From contig CBDCTU010000004.1 in assembly GCA_965222415.1 (NCBI GenBank), forward strand, positions 128,850-192,849: DNA of 64,000 nt, written 5' to 3'. The notes beneath the pieces were generated by a model, which worked only from the letters and a program-made list of their open reading frames with translations, did no database searches and was not told where the DNA came from. Every line of letters starts with the position of its first letter. Position 1 is the first letter of the stretch. Both the position numbers and the translations under genes were made by a program. The stretch comes from Dehalococcoidia bacterium (GTDB taxonomy: Bacteria > Chloroflexota > Dehalococcoidia > Lucifugimonadales > UBA2985). Below are positions 27,366 through 36,928 of the stretch, piece by piece.

Positions 27366-29924
27366 CTACCCCTTTTCCTCCTCTTCCTCCTGTGCCCTCT
27401 TCTGAAGGCCGTACAGAGCGTTGATGGCCTCCAGGGGGGTCATGGAGGAGACGTCCAGGCCAAGAAGCTCCTGCACAACCGGGTGAGGGAGGGTGAACAG
27501 AGGGCGCTGTCGAGCTTTGGGGAGTCGTCTTTCCCCTCCCTCCAGCTCCGAGAGCAGCTCCCAGGCGCGGCTCACCACCGGTGGGGGCAGCCCCGCCAGT
27601 TGCGCCACGTTTATGCCGTAGCTCCGGTCGGCGCCACCGGGCACAATGCGATGGAGGAACACCACGTTGCCGTCGCTCTCCACTGCGGCCACGCTGAAGT
27701 TGCGCACCCTGGGCAGCGTCTGCGGAAGCTCCGTCAGCTCGTGGTAGTGGGTGGCGAAGAGGGTCTTGCACCCCAGGCGCGGACTGGTGTGGATGTGCTC
27801 CGCGGTCGCCTGTGCGATGGCCAGGCCGTCGTACGTGCTGGTGCCCCGGCCTATCTCGTCCAGGACCACCAGCGAGCGCGGCGTCGCGTGGTGCAATATG
27901 GAGGCAGTCTCAACCATCTCCACCATAAAGGTGGACTGCCCCGTGTACAGGTCGTCCTGGAGGCCCACGCGGGTGAAGACGCGGTCAACCAGCCCGATTG
28001 TAGCCGACCTGGCGGGCACGAAGCTGCCGATCTGTGCCATAAGCACGATGAGGGCCACCTGCCTTATGTAGGTGGACTTGCCGGCCATGTTGGGGCCGGT
28101 AAGCAGCATCACCTGGGCGTCCTCGTTGCTCAGGTACGCGTCGTTGGGGACGAACGTGCCGGGAGGCATGGTAAGCTCCACCACCGGATGCCTGCCCTCC
28201 TTTATGTCGATGACGCTGCCGTTGTCGAGACGCGGCCGGACGTAGCCGTGACGCGCCGCTCCCTCGGCCAGGGCTGCGTACACGTCTATGTGACCGACCC
28301 CGGACGCGGTTGAGGTGATGCGCTGCCCCATCGCGGCTATCTGCCTGCACACCTGCTGGAACAGCGACTGCTCCAGGTCGTTCATGCGCTCCTGGGCGTT
28401 GAGCAGAATGGACTCGTACTCCTTCAGCTCAGGGGTGAAGAACCTCTCGCCTCCCACCAGGGTCTGACGGCGGACGTAGTTGTCGGGGACCTGCGGCAGA
28501 TTGGAGTTGCTCACCTCTATGTAGTAGCCGAAAACCCGGTTGTAGCCCACCTTCAGGGACCTGATTCCGGTGCGTTCCTTCTCCTTGCGCTCCAGGTTGG
28601 CAATGTACTCCCTGCCGTTCCTGGAAACGTCCCGAAGCTCGTCCAACTCCGGCGAGAAGCCCCGCCGTATGATGCCGCCCTCCGCAGAAGATGCGGTCGG
28701 CGCGTCCTCCAGCGCCTCGCCTACCAGCGTGACCACGGAATCGCACGGGTCCAGGCGCTCTCCCAGCCGCGAAAGATGCCCTGTGGAGCCTTCGATCAGC
28801 GTCTTCAGGCGCGCAACCGCTTCCATCCCGTCCTTCAGCGATGCGACCTCCCTGGGAATGGCTGTTCCGGTGGCTATGCGGTTCAGAAGTCGCTCAAGGT
28901 CTGGCACGGCCTTGAGGACATCGATGACCTCCTCCCTGCGTATCTGGTCTCTGAAGAGGGCCTCCACCGCCTCCTGACGCTGCTCAAGCTGGCTCAGGTC
29001 AAGTAGGGGCTGTCCCACCCACCTCCTGAGCAGTCTACTGCCCATAGACGTGCTCGTTATGTCCAGGGTTGCCAGCAGGGAGTGCGTCGTCCTGCCCGAC
29101 CTTCCTCCCTGGAACAGCTCCAGGTTGCTGCGGGTCTGGTGGTCCAGGAGCATGAAGGCCCTGGGCGAGTACGTGTGAAGCCCCTGCAGACGTTCCAACC
29201 CGGCCTTCTGGGTCCTGTGTATGTAGCTAACAATGGCTCCCGACGCCCCTATGGCGAGGGGCATACCGTGGCACCCGTACGCCTCAAGGGTCGCCACGCC
29301 AAAGTGCTCCTTCAGCGCCTCCTCAGCCTCTCCGGGACGAAACAGCGCCTCCTCCAGAGCGGTGACGTGGTGCAGGGACATGCCGGAGGGGGTCTCCCGG
29401 TCCTGGGGGAAAAGCACCTCCGCGGGGCTTAGCCGCTCCAGCTCCAGAGGCAGATCGTCCAGGGGTATCTGGGTTGTGGCGAACTCGCTGGTGGTTATGT
29501 CCACGTACGCCAGGCCTGCTTCCTCTTCGTGTACCACCACCGCGGCCAGGTAGTTGTTGGCGCTCTGGTCCAGCAGCGACGGCTCGGTCACGGTGCCGGG
29601 AGTAACCACACGCACAACCTCGCGCTCCACAGGTCCCTTGGAGGACACCTCCCCCGTCTGCTCGCAAATGGCCACTTTGTAGCCGCGCTTCACCAGACGC
29701 GCCAGGTAGCTGTCCAGGGCGTGGTATGGTATGCCCGCCAGTGGGACGCGCTGTCCCCTGCCCATCTCCCTGGACGTCAGGGCTATCTCCAGCTCCCGGG
29801 CGGTTATCCGGGCGTCTTCGTCGAAGGTCTCGTAGAAGTCGCCCATGCGGAACAGGAGAATAGCGTCCGGGTGCTGTTCCTTGATTTTCAGATATTGCTG
29901 CCGCGCGGGCGTGATTGAGGCCAT
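27366..29924 (-). CDS. mutS: DNA mismatch repair protein MutS
   Basis: TPARQQYLKIKEQHPDAILLFRMGDFYE near the N-terminus and Walker A GPNMAGKSTY. I prefer the ATG at 29924 (MASITP...), which has an AGGAAG RBS. Confidence 0.95.
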   Translation of the reverse strand: MASITPARQQYLKIKEQHPDAILLFRMGDFYETFDEDARITARELEIALTSREMGRGQRVPLAGIPYHALDSYLARLVKRGYKVAICEQTGEVSSKGPVEREVVRVVTPGTVTEPSLLDQSANNYLAAVVVHEEEAGLAYVDITTSEFATTQIPLDDLPLELERLSPAEVLFPQDRETPSGMSLHHVTALEEALFRPGEAEEALKEHFGVATLEAYGCHGMPLAIGASGAIVSYIHRTQKAGLERLQGLHTYSPRAFMLLDHQTRSNLELFQGGRSGRTTHSLLATLDITSTSMGSRLLRRWVGQPLLDLSQLEQRQEAVEALFRDQIRREEVIDVLKAVPDLERLLNRIATGTAIPREVASLKDGMEAVARLKTLIEGSTGHLSRLGERLDPCDSVVTLVGEALEDAPTASSAEGGIIRRGFSPELDELRDVSRNGREYIANLERKEKERTGIRSLKVGYNRVFGYYIEVSNSNLPQVPDNYVRRQTLVGGERFFTPELKEYESILLNAQERMNDLEQSLFQQVCRQIAAMGQRITSTASGVGHIDVYAALAEGAARHGYVRPRLDNGSVIDIKEGRHPVVELTMPPGTFVPNDAYLSNEDAQVMLLTGPNMAGKSTYIRQVALIVLMAQIGSFVPARSATIGLVDRVFTRVGLQDDLYTGQSTFMVEMVETASILHHATPRSLVVLDEIGRGTSTYDGLAIAQATAEHIHTSPRLGCKTLFATHYHELTELPQTLPRVRNFSVAAVESDGNVVFLHRIVPGGADRSYGINVAQLAGLPPPVVSRAWELLSELEGGERRLPKARQRPLFTLPHPVVQELLGLDVSSMTPLEAINALYGLQKRAQEEEEEKG

Positions 29925-30096
29925 AGACTTGATTCTTCCTGTAGTGGGGTGCAAGGAGATTTTACAGGACGGGGAGTCGCAGAGGAATAGGCTCGCGCCC
30001 TCTCGTAAGGCGAAATCACGCTTGCGGAAATGCTATACGCAACGACAAAACGGGGTGCAGAAGAGTGGCGTGTGCATGCTATTCCTGCGGGAGGAG

Positions 30097-30330
30097 GGCT
30101 TTGCATAACTCCGGTGTATGTCTTAGAAGAGGCTATCTTCTTCGTCATTCCCGTGAAGCTTGCCCCGTACTCCGATACGGGGACGGGAATCTAAAGCCCC
30201 TCTTCCAAGGCATCGTAGCCTTGCAGACAGCGTTCCTAGATTCCTGCCTCCGCAGGAATGACGATGAGGGCTATTCTTGCGGGATGACGCAATGGATTAT
30301 TCATAGGTCTCCGGAAGCAGGAATCCAGGA
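30097..30330. repeat. cluster of REP/MITE-like palindromic repeats
   Basis: About 200 bp homologous to 40868-41050 (ttcttcgtcattcccgtgaa..gggaatctaaagcc..gattcctgcctccgcaggaatgac..ggtctcc), with one extra internal hairpin insertion. Confidence 0.8.
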
Positions 30331-30375
30331 CCTATTAGTTGGCGGAGGGTCTAAGATTCCTCGCGGGCTCGGACT

Positions 30376-30412
30376 GACAAAAACGTAGGGGCGGTTCGCG
30401 AACCGCCCCTAC
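30376..30412 (-). terminator. rho-independent terminator after the NuoEFG-like operon
   Basis: Perfect 28-nt palindrome gtaggggcggttcg/cgaaccgcccctac (30385-30412), followed on the minus strand by GTTTTTG. Confidence 0.75.
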
Positions 30413-30435
30413 CAAGAAGCATATAGTGGCTGGGT

Positions 30436-33261
30436 CTAGCCCTCCGCCTGGGCCACCCTTACGGGGGCCATGTCGAGGGTCGGCACCTTGGACATGGGGT
30501 CCGGGTCGTCGCTCTCCTCCAGGCGGGCGGCCAGCTCGCCAAAGAGGAAGGTGGCTGACACCGTCTTGGGTGTCGTTGCCTCCGAGATGTGAGCCTTGGC
30601 CCTGACACGCTCCCGTGCCGAGATTGCCTCCACCCACTCCCCTTCCCCTATGCCCAGGGAGGATGCGTCGGAAGGGTGAAGTTGAAGTATCTCGTCACGC
30701 TGTATGTGGTTCTTCTCCCCGATTACCTCTATCTCTATGCCCCTCTGGGGCTGCTGCAACACACGTCCGGGAAGGAACAGGAGTGGGTAGTCCGGCGTGG
30801 TCATTGCAGGGACGTCCTTGATTTCCATTGGCAGCAGCTTGTGCTTCCTGGTCTGGGAACCCTGGGCGTAGAGGATACTCTCACCCGGGTCGTCCGGAGA
30901 GGCGCTGGGCCACTGTACGCCAAAGTTCTGCCCTCCCTCGGTTGGATAAAGCTGGCTGGGCAGTGGATTATCGGGCATTCCGGCCGGCTGGAGTACGCTC
31001 TCCCTGGAGAGAAGGCGCTGGTAGGAGATGCCGGCGTACATGGGTACGACGCGGGAGACCTCGTCCAGTATCTGGGCCGGGCAGTGATAGTCAAACCCCT
31101 GGGCGTTCATGGCCTGAGCTATCTGGCACAGCGTCCACCAGTCGGGCATGGCCAGAGTGTTGCCTACCTCCAGCACCTTCCGCAAGGGCTGGACGCGCCG
31201 CTCCAGGTTCGTAAAGGTGCCCTCCTTCTCTGCGAAGGTGACCGATGGCAGCACCACGTCGGCTGACTGGGCCAGGTCGGAGAGGAACGTGTCCTGCACG
31301 ACCAGGAATTCCAGCTGACCCGCCTGCGCGGCGTCTCCAAGCTGGCCGTTGGTGAAGTTGGGGCTGTCGCCCACGACGAGCATGGCCTTTACGCGCCCAT
31401 CAGAGGCGGCCTGGAAGACATCGTTGATTCCAAGGCCGGGGTTGGATGGCAGCTCTGCGCCCCAGGCTCCCTGGAGGCTTGCAGATTCCTCAAGTCCCAT
31501 GTATCCCGGCAGCAGGTTGGGCACGCAGCCCACGTCCCAGGAGCCCTGGTCGTTGGTGCCGGGTCGCAACGGGAACAGGCCTGCGTGGGGCTTGCCTATA
31601 TTGCCCGTCATCAGAGCCAGGTTGGAGAGGGCTTGGACCAGATCGACTCTCGATGAGGCTGATACGGTGTCCAAGGCGTACAGGATAGCGGCGGGGCCGT
31701 TCTGGGCGAATGTGCGGGCAGCCTGCCGTATCTCCTCCTCGGATATGCCAGTCGCTTCCTCAACCTTCTTGAGATCGAAGTGCCACAGAGAGTTCTTCAG
31801 AGCGTCCAGGTTCTCGCACGAATCTCGCAGGAAATCCTCATTCTCCAGCACCTCGTCCATGATGACCCGCAGGATTCCTCCCACAAGGACGGCATCGGTC
31901 CCCGGCTCAGGTCGTATCCACATGGTCGCGTAGCGAGTCAGCTCCACCTCTCGCGGGTCGATGACGATGAGCTTCGCTCCGTTCCTCACGGCGCGTTTCA
32001 CCGGGACCGCCGCTACGTTGTGCTCCTCAGTGGCGTTGGCGCCAACGACCAGGATGGACTTGGCGTTTTCAAGGTCCCATATCGGGTTGGTGGCTGCCTG
32101 GTACCCCAGCGACTCCTCCAGGGGCTGCGCCATCTCCGGCCTGGTGTTGGAGGAGTGGTCGACATTGTTGGTGCCCATCACCGTGCGGGCGAACTTTTGC
32201 AGCAGGTAGTTCTCCTCGTTGGTGCCTCTGTAGGAAGCCACGGCGGCGAACTGGTCGCCCTTGTACTGGCCGAGCCTCTCGGCTACCAGAGCGACTGCCT
32301 CTTCCCAGGAAGCCTCCTCCAGGACGCCGTTGCGTCGTATCAGGGGAGTCTTCAGGCGAGCGCGGCTGTTGACGAATTCGAAGCCGAACTTCCCCTTGAA
32401 GCAGGCCTGGCCGTGGTTGGCCTCCGCCTCCAGGTCCGGGATGGCGCGGATAACCTTGCCGCGCTTGTTAACCTCCAGCTTCAGCTGGCATCCCACCGGG
32501 CAGTGCGGGCAGGTTGTGGAAATCCTCTCCACCGCCTTCTCCCACTTATACTCCGTCTCCACCAGCGCGCCCACCGGACATACGTCGATGCAGGCGCCGC
32601 AGAACTCGCAGCCGGACTCCAGAAGCGAGGAGCCATGAGCAGGCCCAACCAGGGAGACCCCTGCCCGCTCCGTAAACGTGATTGCGCTGTCGACCCGTAT
32701 CTCCTCGCAGGCCCTTACGCAGCGCCCGCACACGATGCACAGGTTGTAATCCATGTCGTAGAAGGGGTCTTTGCTCTCTACGGGTAGGTTCCGGTATTTG
32801 TAGTTCAGGGGCGTCGTAAGGCCGGTGCCTACGTACAGGGTGGTGTCCTTGAGCTCGCACCGGTCGTTCTTGGGGCAGGCCACGCACCGGTCGGTGACGG
32901 AGACGTGGCGCAGGCATATGTCCTGGGGCCCGCACAGCTCGATGCGGTGGCAGGTGAGACAGCCGTGGGGGTGCTCCGATACCACCAACTCCGTAATGCC
33001 CTTGCGCAGCTCCTGTATCTGCTCCGTGTTGGTCCACACTACCATGTCGTTGGCCACGGGCGTCGTGCACGAGGCGGGAGTGCCTCTGGTGTTCTCAATC
33101 TCGACCACGCACATGCGGCACGCCCCGTAGGGTTTCATTCCGGGGTAGTAACAAAGGTAAGGGATGTACAGTCCGGCATCCATGGCCGCCTGTATGACAG
33201 TCTTTCCCGCTTCGGTCTTTACTTCCTGCCCGTCTATGACCAGGCTGAGATCAGCGACCAT
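30436..33261 (-). CDS. NuoG-like / formate-dehydrogenase-alpha-like FeS plus molybdopterin-fold subunit
   Basis: Start at the ATG at 33261 (MVADLSLVIDGQEV...) with an AAGGAGA RBS. It has an N-terminal 2Fe-2S domain, 4Fe-4S Cys clusters and then a molybdopterin fold. The first 59 aa of the track ORF overlap the upstream gene. Confidence 0.85.
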   Translation of the reverse strand: MVADLSLVIDGQEVKTEAGKTVIQAAMDAGLYIPYLCYYPGMKPYGACRMCVVEIENTRGTPASCTTPVANDMVVWTNTEQIQELRKGITELVVSEHPHGCLTCHRIELCGPQDICLRHVSVTDRCVACPKNDRCELKDTTLYVGTGLTTPLNYKYRNLPVESKDPFYDMDYNLCIVCGRCVRACEEIRVDSAITFTERAGVSLVGPAHGSSLLESGCEFCGACIDVCPVGALVETEYKWEKAVERISTTCPHCPVGCQLKLEVNKRGKVIRAIPDLEAEANHGQACFKGKFGFEFVNSRARLKTPLIRRNGVLEEASWEEAVALVAERLGQYKGDQFAAVASYRGTNEENYLLQKFARTVMGTNNVDHSSNTRPEMAQPLEESLGYQAATNPIWDLENAKSILVVGANATEEHNVAAVPVKRAVRNGAKLIVIDPREVELTRYATMWIRPEPGTDAVLVGGILRVIMDEVLENEDFLRDSCENLDALKNSLWHFDLKKVEEATGISEEEIRQAARTFAQNGPAAILYALDTVSASSRVDLVQALSNLALMTGNIGKPHAGLFPLRPGTNDQGSWDVGCVPNLLPGYMGLEESASLQGAWGAELPSNPGLGINDVFQAASDGRVKAMLVVGDSPNFTNGQLGDAAQAGQLEFLVVQDTFLSDLAQSADVVLPSVTFAEKEGTFTNLERRVQPLRKVLEVGNTLAMPDWWTLCQIAQAMNAQGFDYHCPAQILDEVSRVVPMYAGISYQRLLSRESVLQPAGMPDNPLPSQLYPTEGGQNFGVQWPSASPDDPGESILYAQGSQTRKHKLLPMEIKDVPAMTTPDYPLLFLPGRVLQQPQRGIEIEVIGEKNHIQRDEILQLHPSDASSLGIGEGEWVEAISARERVRAKAHISEATTPKTVSATFLFGELAARLEESDDPDPMSKVPTLDMAPVRVAQAEG

Positions 33262-33269
33262 AGTTCTCC

Positions 33270-35021
33270 TTAAATTCTGATTTCCAGCGGCTGCGGCTGC
33301 GCCGACGTCCAACGCGGCCTTGTGCGCTGTGGAGTGAATACGGGGCCGGTGCACTGGCCCGTCGGGCACCTGCCCTCCTCCATATGGGCTGCGAAGTCGT
33401 CCGGGAAGTGCTGAAGGGCGGACTGGACGGGGTTCCATCCCAGCTGCCCGTGTCCGCAGAGGGACGTCGAGGCCATGTTCTGGCCGACGGTGCGCATGAG
33501 CTCCATATCACTTGGCCGAGTCTGGAACGTGGAAATCCGCTCCAGTATCTCCAGAATGTTGGTCATACCCAGGCGACACGGGAAGCACTTGCCGCAGGAC
33601 TCGTACTGGCAGAAGGCTATGAGCAGTCGGGTCATATCCACGGCGCACGCCCGGTCGTCGGCGACTATGATGCCGCCGGAGCCAAGGATTGCGCCGGCCC
33701 GCTGCATAGCGTCGAAATCGAGCGGAATGTCCACCTGCTCCGCTGAGAGTACGCCTCCAAGTGGGCCACCCGTCTGAAGGAATTTGGCCTGCCTTCCGCC
33801 GGGGACGCCTCCGACAACTTCGTCGATGACCTCCCGGATGGTGATGCCCATTGGAACCTCCACCATGCCGGGCAGCGCGATGTTGCCGGACAGGCAGAGG
33901 ATTGCCGTGCCCTTGCTGCTCTCCGTTCCGATGCCTGCAAACCACTCCCCTCCCCTGGCTATGATCTCCGGCACGTAGGCGAGGGTCTTGATGTTGTTGA
34001 TGTTGCTGGGAAGCTGCCAGACTCCCGCCTGAGCCGGGAACGGAGGGCGGTACCTTGGCATGGCGCGCTTCCCCTCGATGGACTCCATGAGCGCCGTCTC
34101 CTCACCGGCGACGTAGGACTCGCCCGTCAGGGAGACCTCCACGTCGAAGCTGAAGGAGGAGCCCAGGATGTTCTCTCCAAGCAGGCCCAGCTCGTAGGCC
34201 TGCTCAATGGCCCGCTCCGTCCTCTCGATAGGCCCGTGATGGCCGTGTCTTATGAAAACGATACCGTTGCTTGCGCCCGTTGCGTACCCGGCCAGAATAG
34301 TGCCCTCAATGAGGGAGTGGGGGTCGCTTTCCAGGATGCCCTTGTCGTTGTAGGCTCCGGGGTCTCCCTCCTCGCAGTTGCACAGGATGTACTTCACAGG
34401 GCCGGGTGAGCGAGACAGGAAGCTCCACTTGGTGCCAGTTGGGAAGGCCGCGCCTCCTCTGCCCCGCAGACCGGAAGTTTGCACCTCCTGGACGACGTCC
34501 TGGGGTTCCATCTGCGAAACGGCCTTGGCGAGGGCCGCGTAGCCGCCCTGCGCTATGTATTGGTAAATATCCAGGGGATCTATGTGGCCGCAGTTGCGCA
34601 GGGCAACCCGAACCTGCCGTCCCCACATCGGAAGATCATCCAGGTGAGGTATGCCGGTCACCGGTCCGTCCCCCAGGTAGCCAAGGGCCAGGTCAGGCCG
34701 GGGGTCGTCTCCCACCAGGTAAGACTCTACGAGCGACGAGACCTGTCCGGGAGAGATGTTCTTGTAGAAGATTCTGGGTCTGCCGGGCTTCTGGATGTCC
34801 ACCAGAGGCTCAGCGAAGCACAGACCCAGGCAGCCTACACCGCTTACGTTTGCGTCGATGCCCCTGCTCTCAAGCTCGGACCTGAACGCCTCAACCACGT
34901 CCATAGCGCCCGCGGCCTCGCCGCAGACGGCTGTGCCGATGCGAATCCAGGGCTTGTCGCCGGCTTCAAGCTCCTGGTAGCGTCGTTGCGCCTCTTGCTG
35001 GATTTCTGCGTAGCCGGCCAT
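33270..35021 (-). CDS. NuoF/HoxF-like NAD(H)-binding FMN FeS flavoprotein with an N-terminal thioredoxin-like 2Fe-2S domain
   Basis: GGAAFPTGTKW and ESCGKCFPCR motifs in a 583-aa protein. Confidence 0.9.
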   Translation of the reverse strand: MAGYAEIQQEAQRRYQELEAGDKPWIRIGTAVCGEAAGAMDVVEAFRSELESRGIDANVSGVGCLGLCFAEPLVDIQKPGRPRIFYKNISPGQVSSLVESYLVGDDPRPDLALGYLGDGPVTGIPHLDDLPMWGRQVRVALRNCGHIDPLDIYQYIAQGGYAALAKAVSQMEPQDVVQEVQTSGLRGRGGAAFPTGTKWSFLSRSPGPVKYILCNCEEGDPGAYNDKGILESDPHSLIEGTILAGYATGASNGIVFIRHGHHGPIERTERAIEQAYELGLLGENILGSSFSFDVEVSLTGESYVAGEETALMESIEGKRAMPRYRPPFPAQAGVWQLPSNINNIKTLAYVPEIIARGGEWFAGIGTESSKGTAILCLSGNIALPGMVEVPMGITIREVIDEVVGGVPGGRQAKFLQTGGPLGGVLSAEQVDIPLDFDAMQRAGAILGSGGIIVADDRACAVDMTRLLIAFCQYESCGKCFPCRLGMTNILEILERISTFQTRPSDMELMRTVGQNMASTSLCGHGQLGWNPVQSALQHFPDDFAAHMEEGRCPTGQCTGPVFTPQRTRPRWTSAQPQPLEIRI

Positions 35022-35032
35022 AGCGTGAGATC

Positions 35033-35536
35033 CTAGCTCCCGTTCCTGAGGTTGCCAATCATGTTTGAGATGCTCTGGGACATGGGAGCCTCTTTGCCGT
35101 CGGCCAGGGCTTGAGGTCCCAATATCTTGTCGTCAATGCGAACCACCGGGCCTTGGGAGCAGGCCCCCAGGCAGGTGTTGTACTTCAGGGATACCTTGCC
35201 GTCCGGTGTGTCCCCCTCTTCGGACAGACCCAGGGTCTGGAGGACGGACTGCAATAGCTCCATAGCGCCCAGCAGGTGGCAGGTGGGTCCCCAGCACACC
35301 TCCACTATGTGCTCGCCGGGTGGAGTGAAGCGGAAGTTGGTGTAGAAGGAGGCCACGCCCCACACGTCGTTGACTGTGGAGTTGGTGAAGGTGGCCACCT
35401 CTTCGATGGCCTCCTGCGGTATGTAGCCAATCTCGTCTTCGATGGACAGAAGAGATGATAACATGGTGACGGTCCTGGCTGTCTGGTTAGCCAGGGCGCC
35501 TCTCACTTGCTCTCTCAGGCTACCGGTGCTGTTCAC
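35033..35536 (-). CDS. NuoE-like 2Fe-2S subunit
   Basis: CWGPTCHLLGA...CLGACSQGPVV. I propose the GTG start at 35536 (GAGG upstream), giving 167 aa. The longer track ORF (to 35830) overlaps the convergently starting DUF1801 gene and looks non-coding at its N-terminus. Confidence 0.7.
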   Translation of the reverse strand: MNSTGSLREQVRGALANQTARTVTMLSSLLSIEDEIGYIPQEAIEEVATFTNSTVNDVWGVASFYTNFRFTPPGEHIVEVCWGPTCHLLGAMELLQSVLQTLGLSEEGDTPDGKVSLKYNTCLGACSQGPVVRIDDKILGPQALADGKEAPMSQSISNMIGNLRNGS

Positions 35537-35617
35537 GATATACTTAGACCTCGTGAAATTTCTAACTATGCGGATGTTAGCACAAGGCGCGGGATGGTTC
35601 AATAGTCTGCCCTCGTC

Positions 35618-35646
35618 TTGAAGAGTGGGTATCTCGATAGTACAAT
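35618..35646 (+). promoter_or_regulatory. candidate sigma70 promoter (TTGAAG-17-TACAAT)
   Basis: ttgaag at 35618-35623 and tacaat at 35641-35646, about 30 nt upstream of the DUF1801 gene. Confidence 0.45.
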
Positions 35647-35678
35647 AGCCCCGTTCAAACGATACAGGAGAGAGGGAT

Positions 35679-36149
35679 ATGTACAGCGCTGCAACAACAG
35701 TCGACGAGTACCTGGACGAGCTTTCGGAGGACAGGCGCACCTCTATGGAGACTGTGCGCAAGGTGATACTGGACAACATCTCTGAGGGATACGAAGAGAT
35801 CATGCAGTTTGGGATGATAGGGTACGTCATTCCCCTGGAGCGGTATCCGGTGACTTACAACGGCCAGGCCTTGCAGGCGGTTGCGCTCTGCTCCCAAAAG
35901 AACTACATGTCCCTGTACCTGATGAACGTCTACGGCGACAAGGACACCCAGGAGTGGTTCGAGGAGGAGTACCGGGCCAGCGGCAAAAAGCTGAACATGG
36001 GTAAGGCCTGCATACGCTTCAAGAAGCCGGAAGACCTGCCAGTGGATTTGATTGCCAAGGCCATTTCCCTGACTTCGGTGGAGCAGTACATCGAGATCTA
36101 CGAGGCGGCCCGGGCCAAGACAAGCAAGCCGGTCAAGCGCTCCAAGTAG
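35679..36149 (+). CDS. DUF1801 (YdhG-like) domain protein
   Basis: TVDEYLDELSEDRRTSMETVRKVILDNISEGYEE...GMIGYVIP pattern. CAGGAGAGAGGG RBS present. Confidence 0.7.
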   Translation: MYSAATTVDEYLDELSEDRRTSMETVRKVILDNISEGYEEIMQFGMIGYVIPLERYPVTYNGQALQAVALCSQKNYMSLYLMNVYGDKDTQEWFEEEYRASGKKLNMGKACIRFKKPEDLPVDLIAKAISLTSVEQYIEIYEAARAKTSKPVKRSK

Positions 36150-36164
36150 AGCCCTCAACTCACG

Positions 36165-36300
36165 GCGGGGTCGCTTCCAAACCTCTTCCCCCTCGAGGGG
36201 GAAGATTGAGATGGGGGTGAGAGGACTCTATGTTTGCCCCCATCCTAGCCTTCCCCCGCAAGCGAGGGAAGGGAAATTGGGTCCAAGTAGGCCTCTCGAT
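36165..36300. repeat. REP-like palindromic repeats (cctcttccccctcgagggggaag / gcaagcgagggaaggg type)
   Basis: GC-rich hairpins between convergent genes. Confidence 0.6.
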
Positions 36301-36323
36301 TCAGGATGCTGGCGAGACCGGGC

Positions 36324-36911
36324 CTAGCTTAGCTCCCGCAGGTCCACCACCCGCGCGTCCCGGCCCCCGGGCGTCAATTCCAGTATTGCCACGGAGCCCA
36401 GCCTGCGCATCTGCCTTGGCAGCGAAGGACTTCCGGGGTTGATGAATAGAAGCCCCTGGTGCTCCTCCACCAGCGCGTGCAGGGTGCGACCGAATACCAC
36501 GATGTCCAGCGCCGTCCCAAAGTACTCCTCCACCATCACTGGCAGCCTCCCATCGGGCAGATGGTGGGCTTCAATGATCCCCGGCAGAAGCTCGTCGGAA
36601 AAGCCGTCCATTAGAAGGTTGTTCACCACGCCTACCGTGTGGCCCTCCAGCTCCAGTATCTGCTGCTGACTGACCCTGGGGTCGCCGGCGCACTCCATCG
36701 CGTGGGCAGTGGGGGTCTCCATCCGGTCGCCGTATATGGCCCCGGCCGCCTTTACCGGCGCGATGCGCTCCAGCCAGTCCAGGGTGTAATCCCGGTAGAT
36801 ATTGCCGGCGTGAAGAATGAGATCGACCCCCTCGAAGGCGGTTGCCACTTGCGGCGGCACCTCCGTTGCGCCGCCGGGTACGTGGGTGTCCGATATAAGG
36901 CCTATTCGCAT
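36324..36911 (-). CDS. YfcE/MJ0936-family metallophosphoesterase
   Basis: ATG at 36911 (MRIGLISDTHVPGG...) with an AAGGAGAAC RBS, plus GNIYRD and a later HH motif. The track ORF N-terminus (to 37127) overlaps the upstream gene. Confidence 0.85.
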   Translation of the reverse strand: MRIGLISDTHVPGGATEVPPQVATAFEGVDLILHAGNIYRDYTLDWLERIAPVKAAGAIYGDRMETPTAHAMECAGDPRVSQQQILELEGHTVGVVNNLLMDGFSDELLPGIIEAHHLPDGRLPVMVEEYFGTALDIVVFGRTLHALVEEHQGLLFINPGSPSLPRQMRRLGSVAILELTPGGRDARVVDLRELS

Positions 36912-36928
36912 AGTGTTCTCCTTCAGTC

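Noticed and set aside
30436-33438. Annotating the 1000-aa ORF as a catalytic formate dehydrogenase alpha subunit from the first Met
   Set aside because: The first 59 codons overlap the upstream nuoF-like gene, and a strong RBS precedes the ATG at 33261. The Mo-ligand Cys/Sec position appears substituted in my manual alignment.
35537-35830. N-terminal extension of the NuoE-like ORF to 265 aa
   Set aside because: The extension has no NuoE similarity, overlaps the DUF1801 gene and its promoter, and a GTG with GAGG gives a normal-length NuoE.
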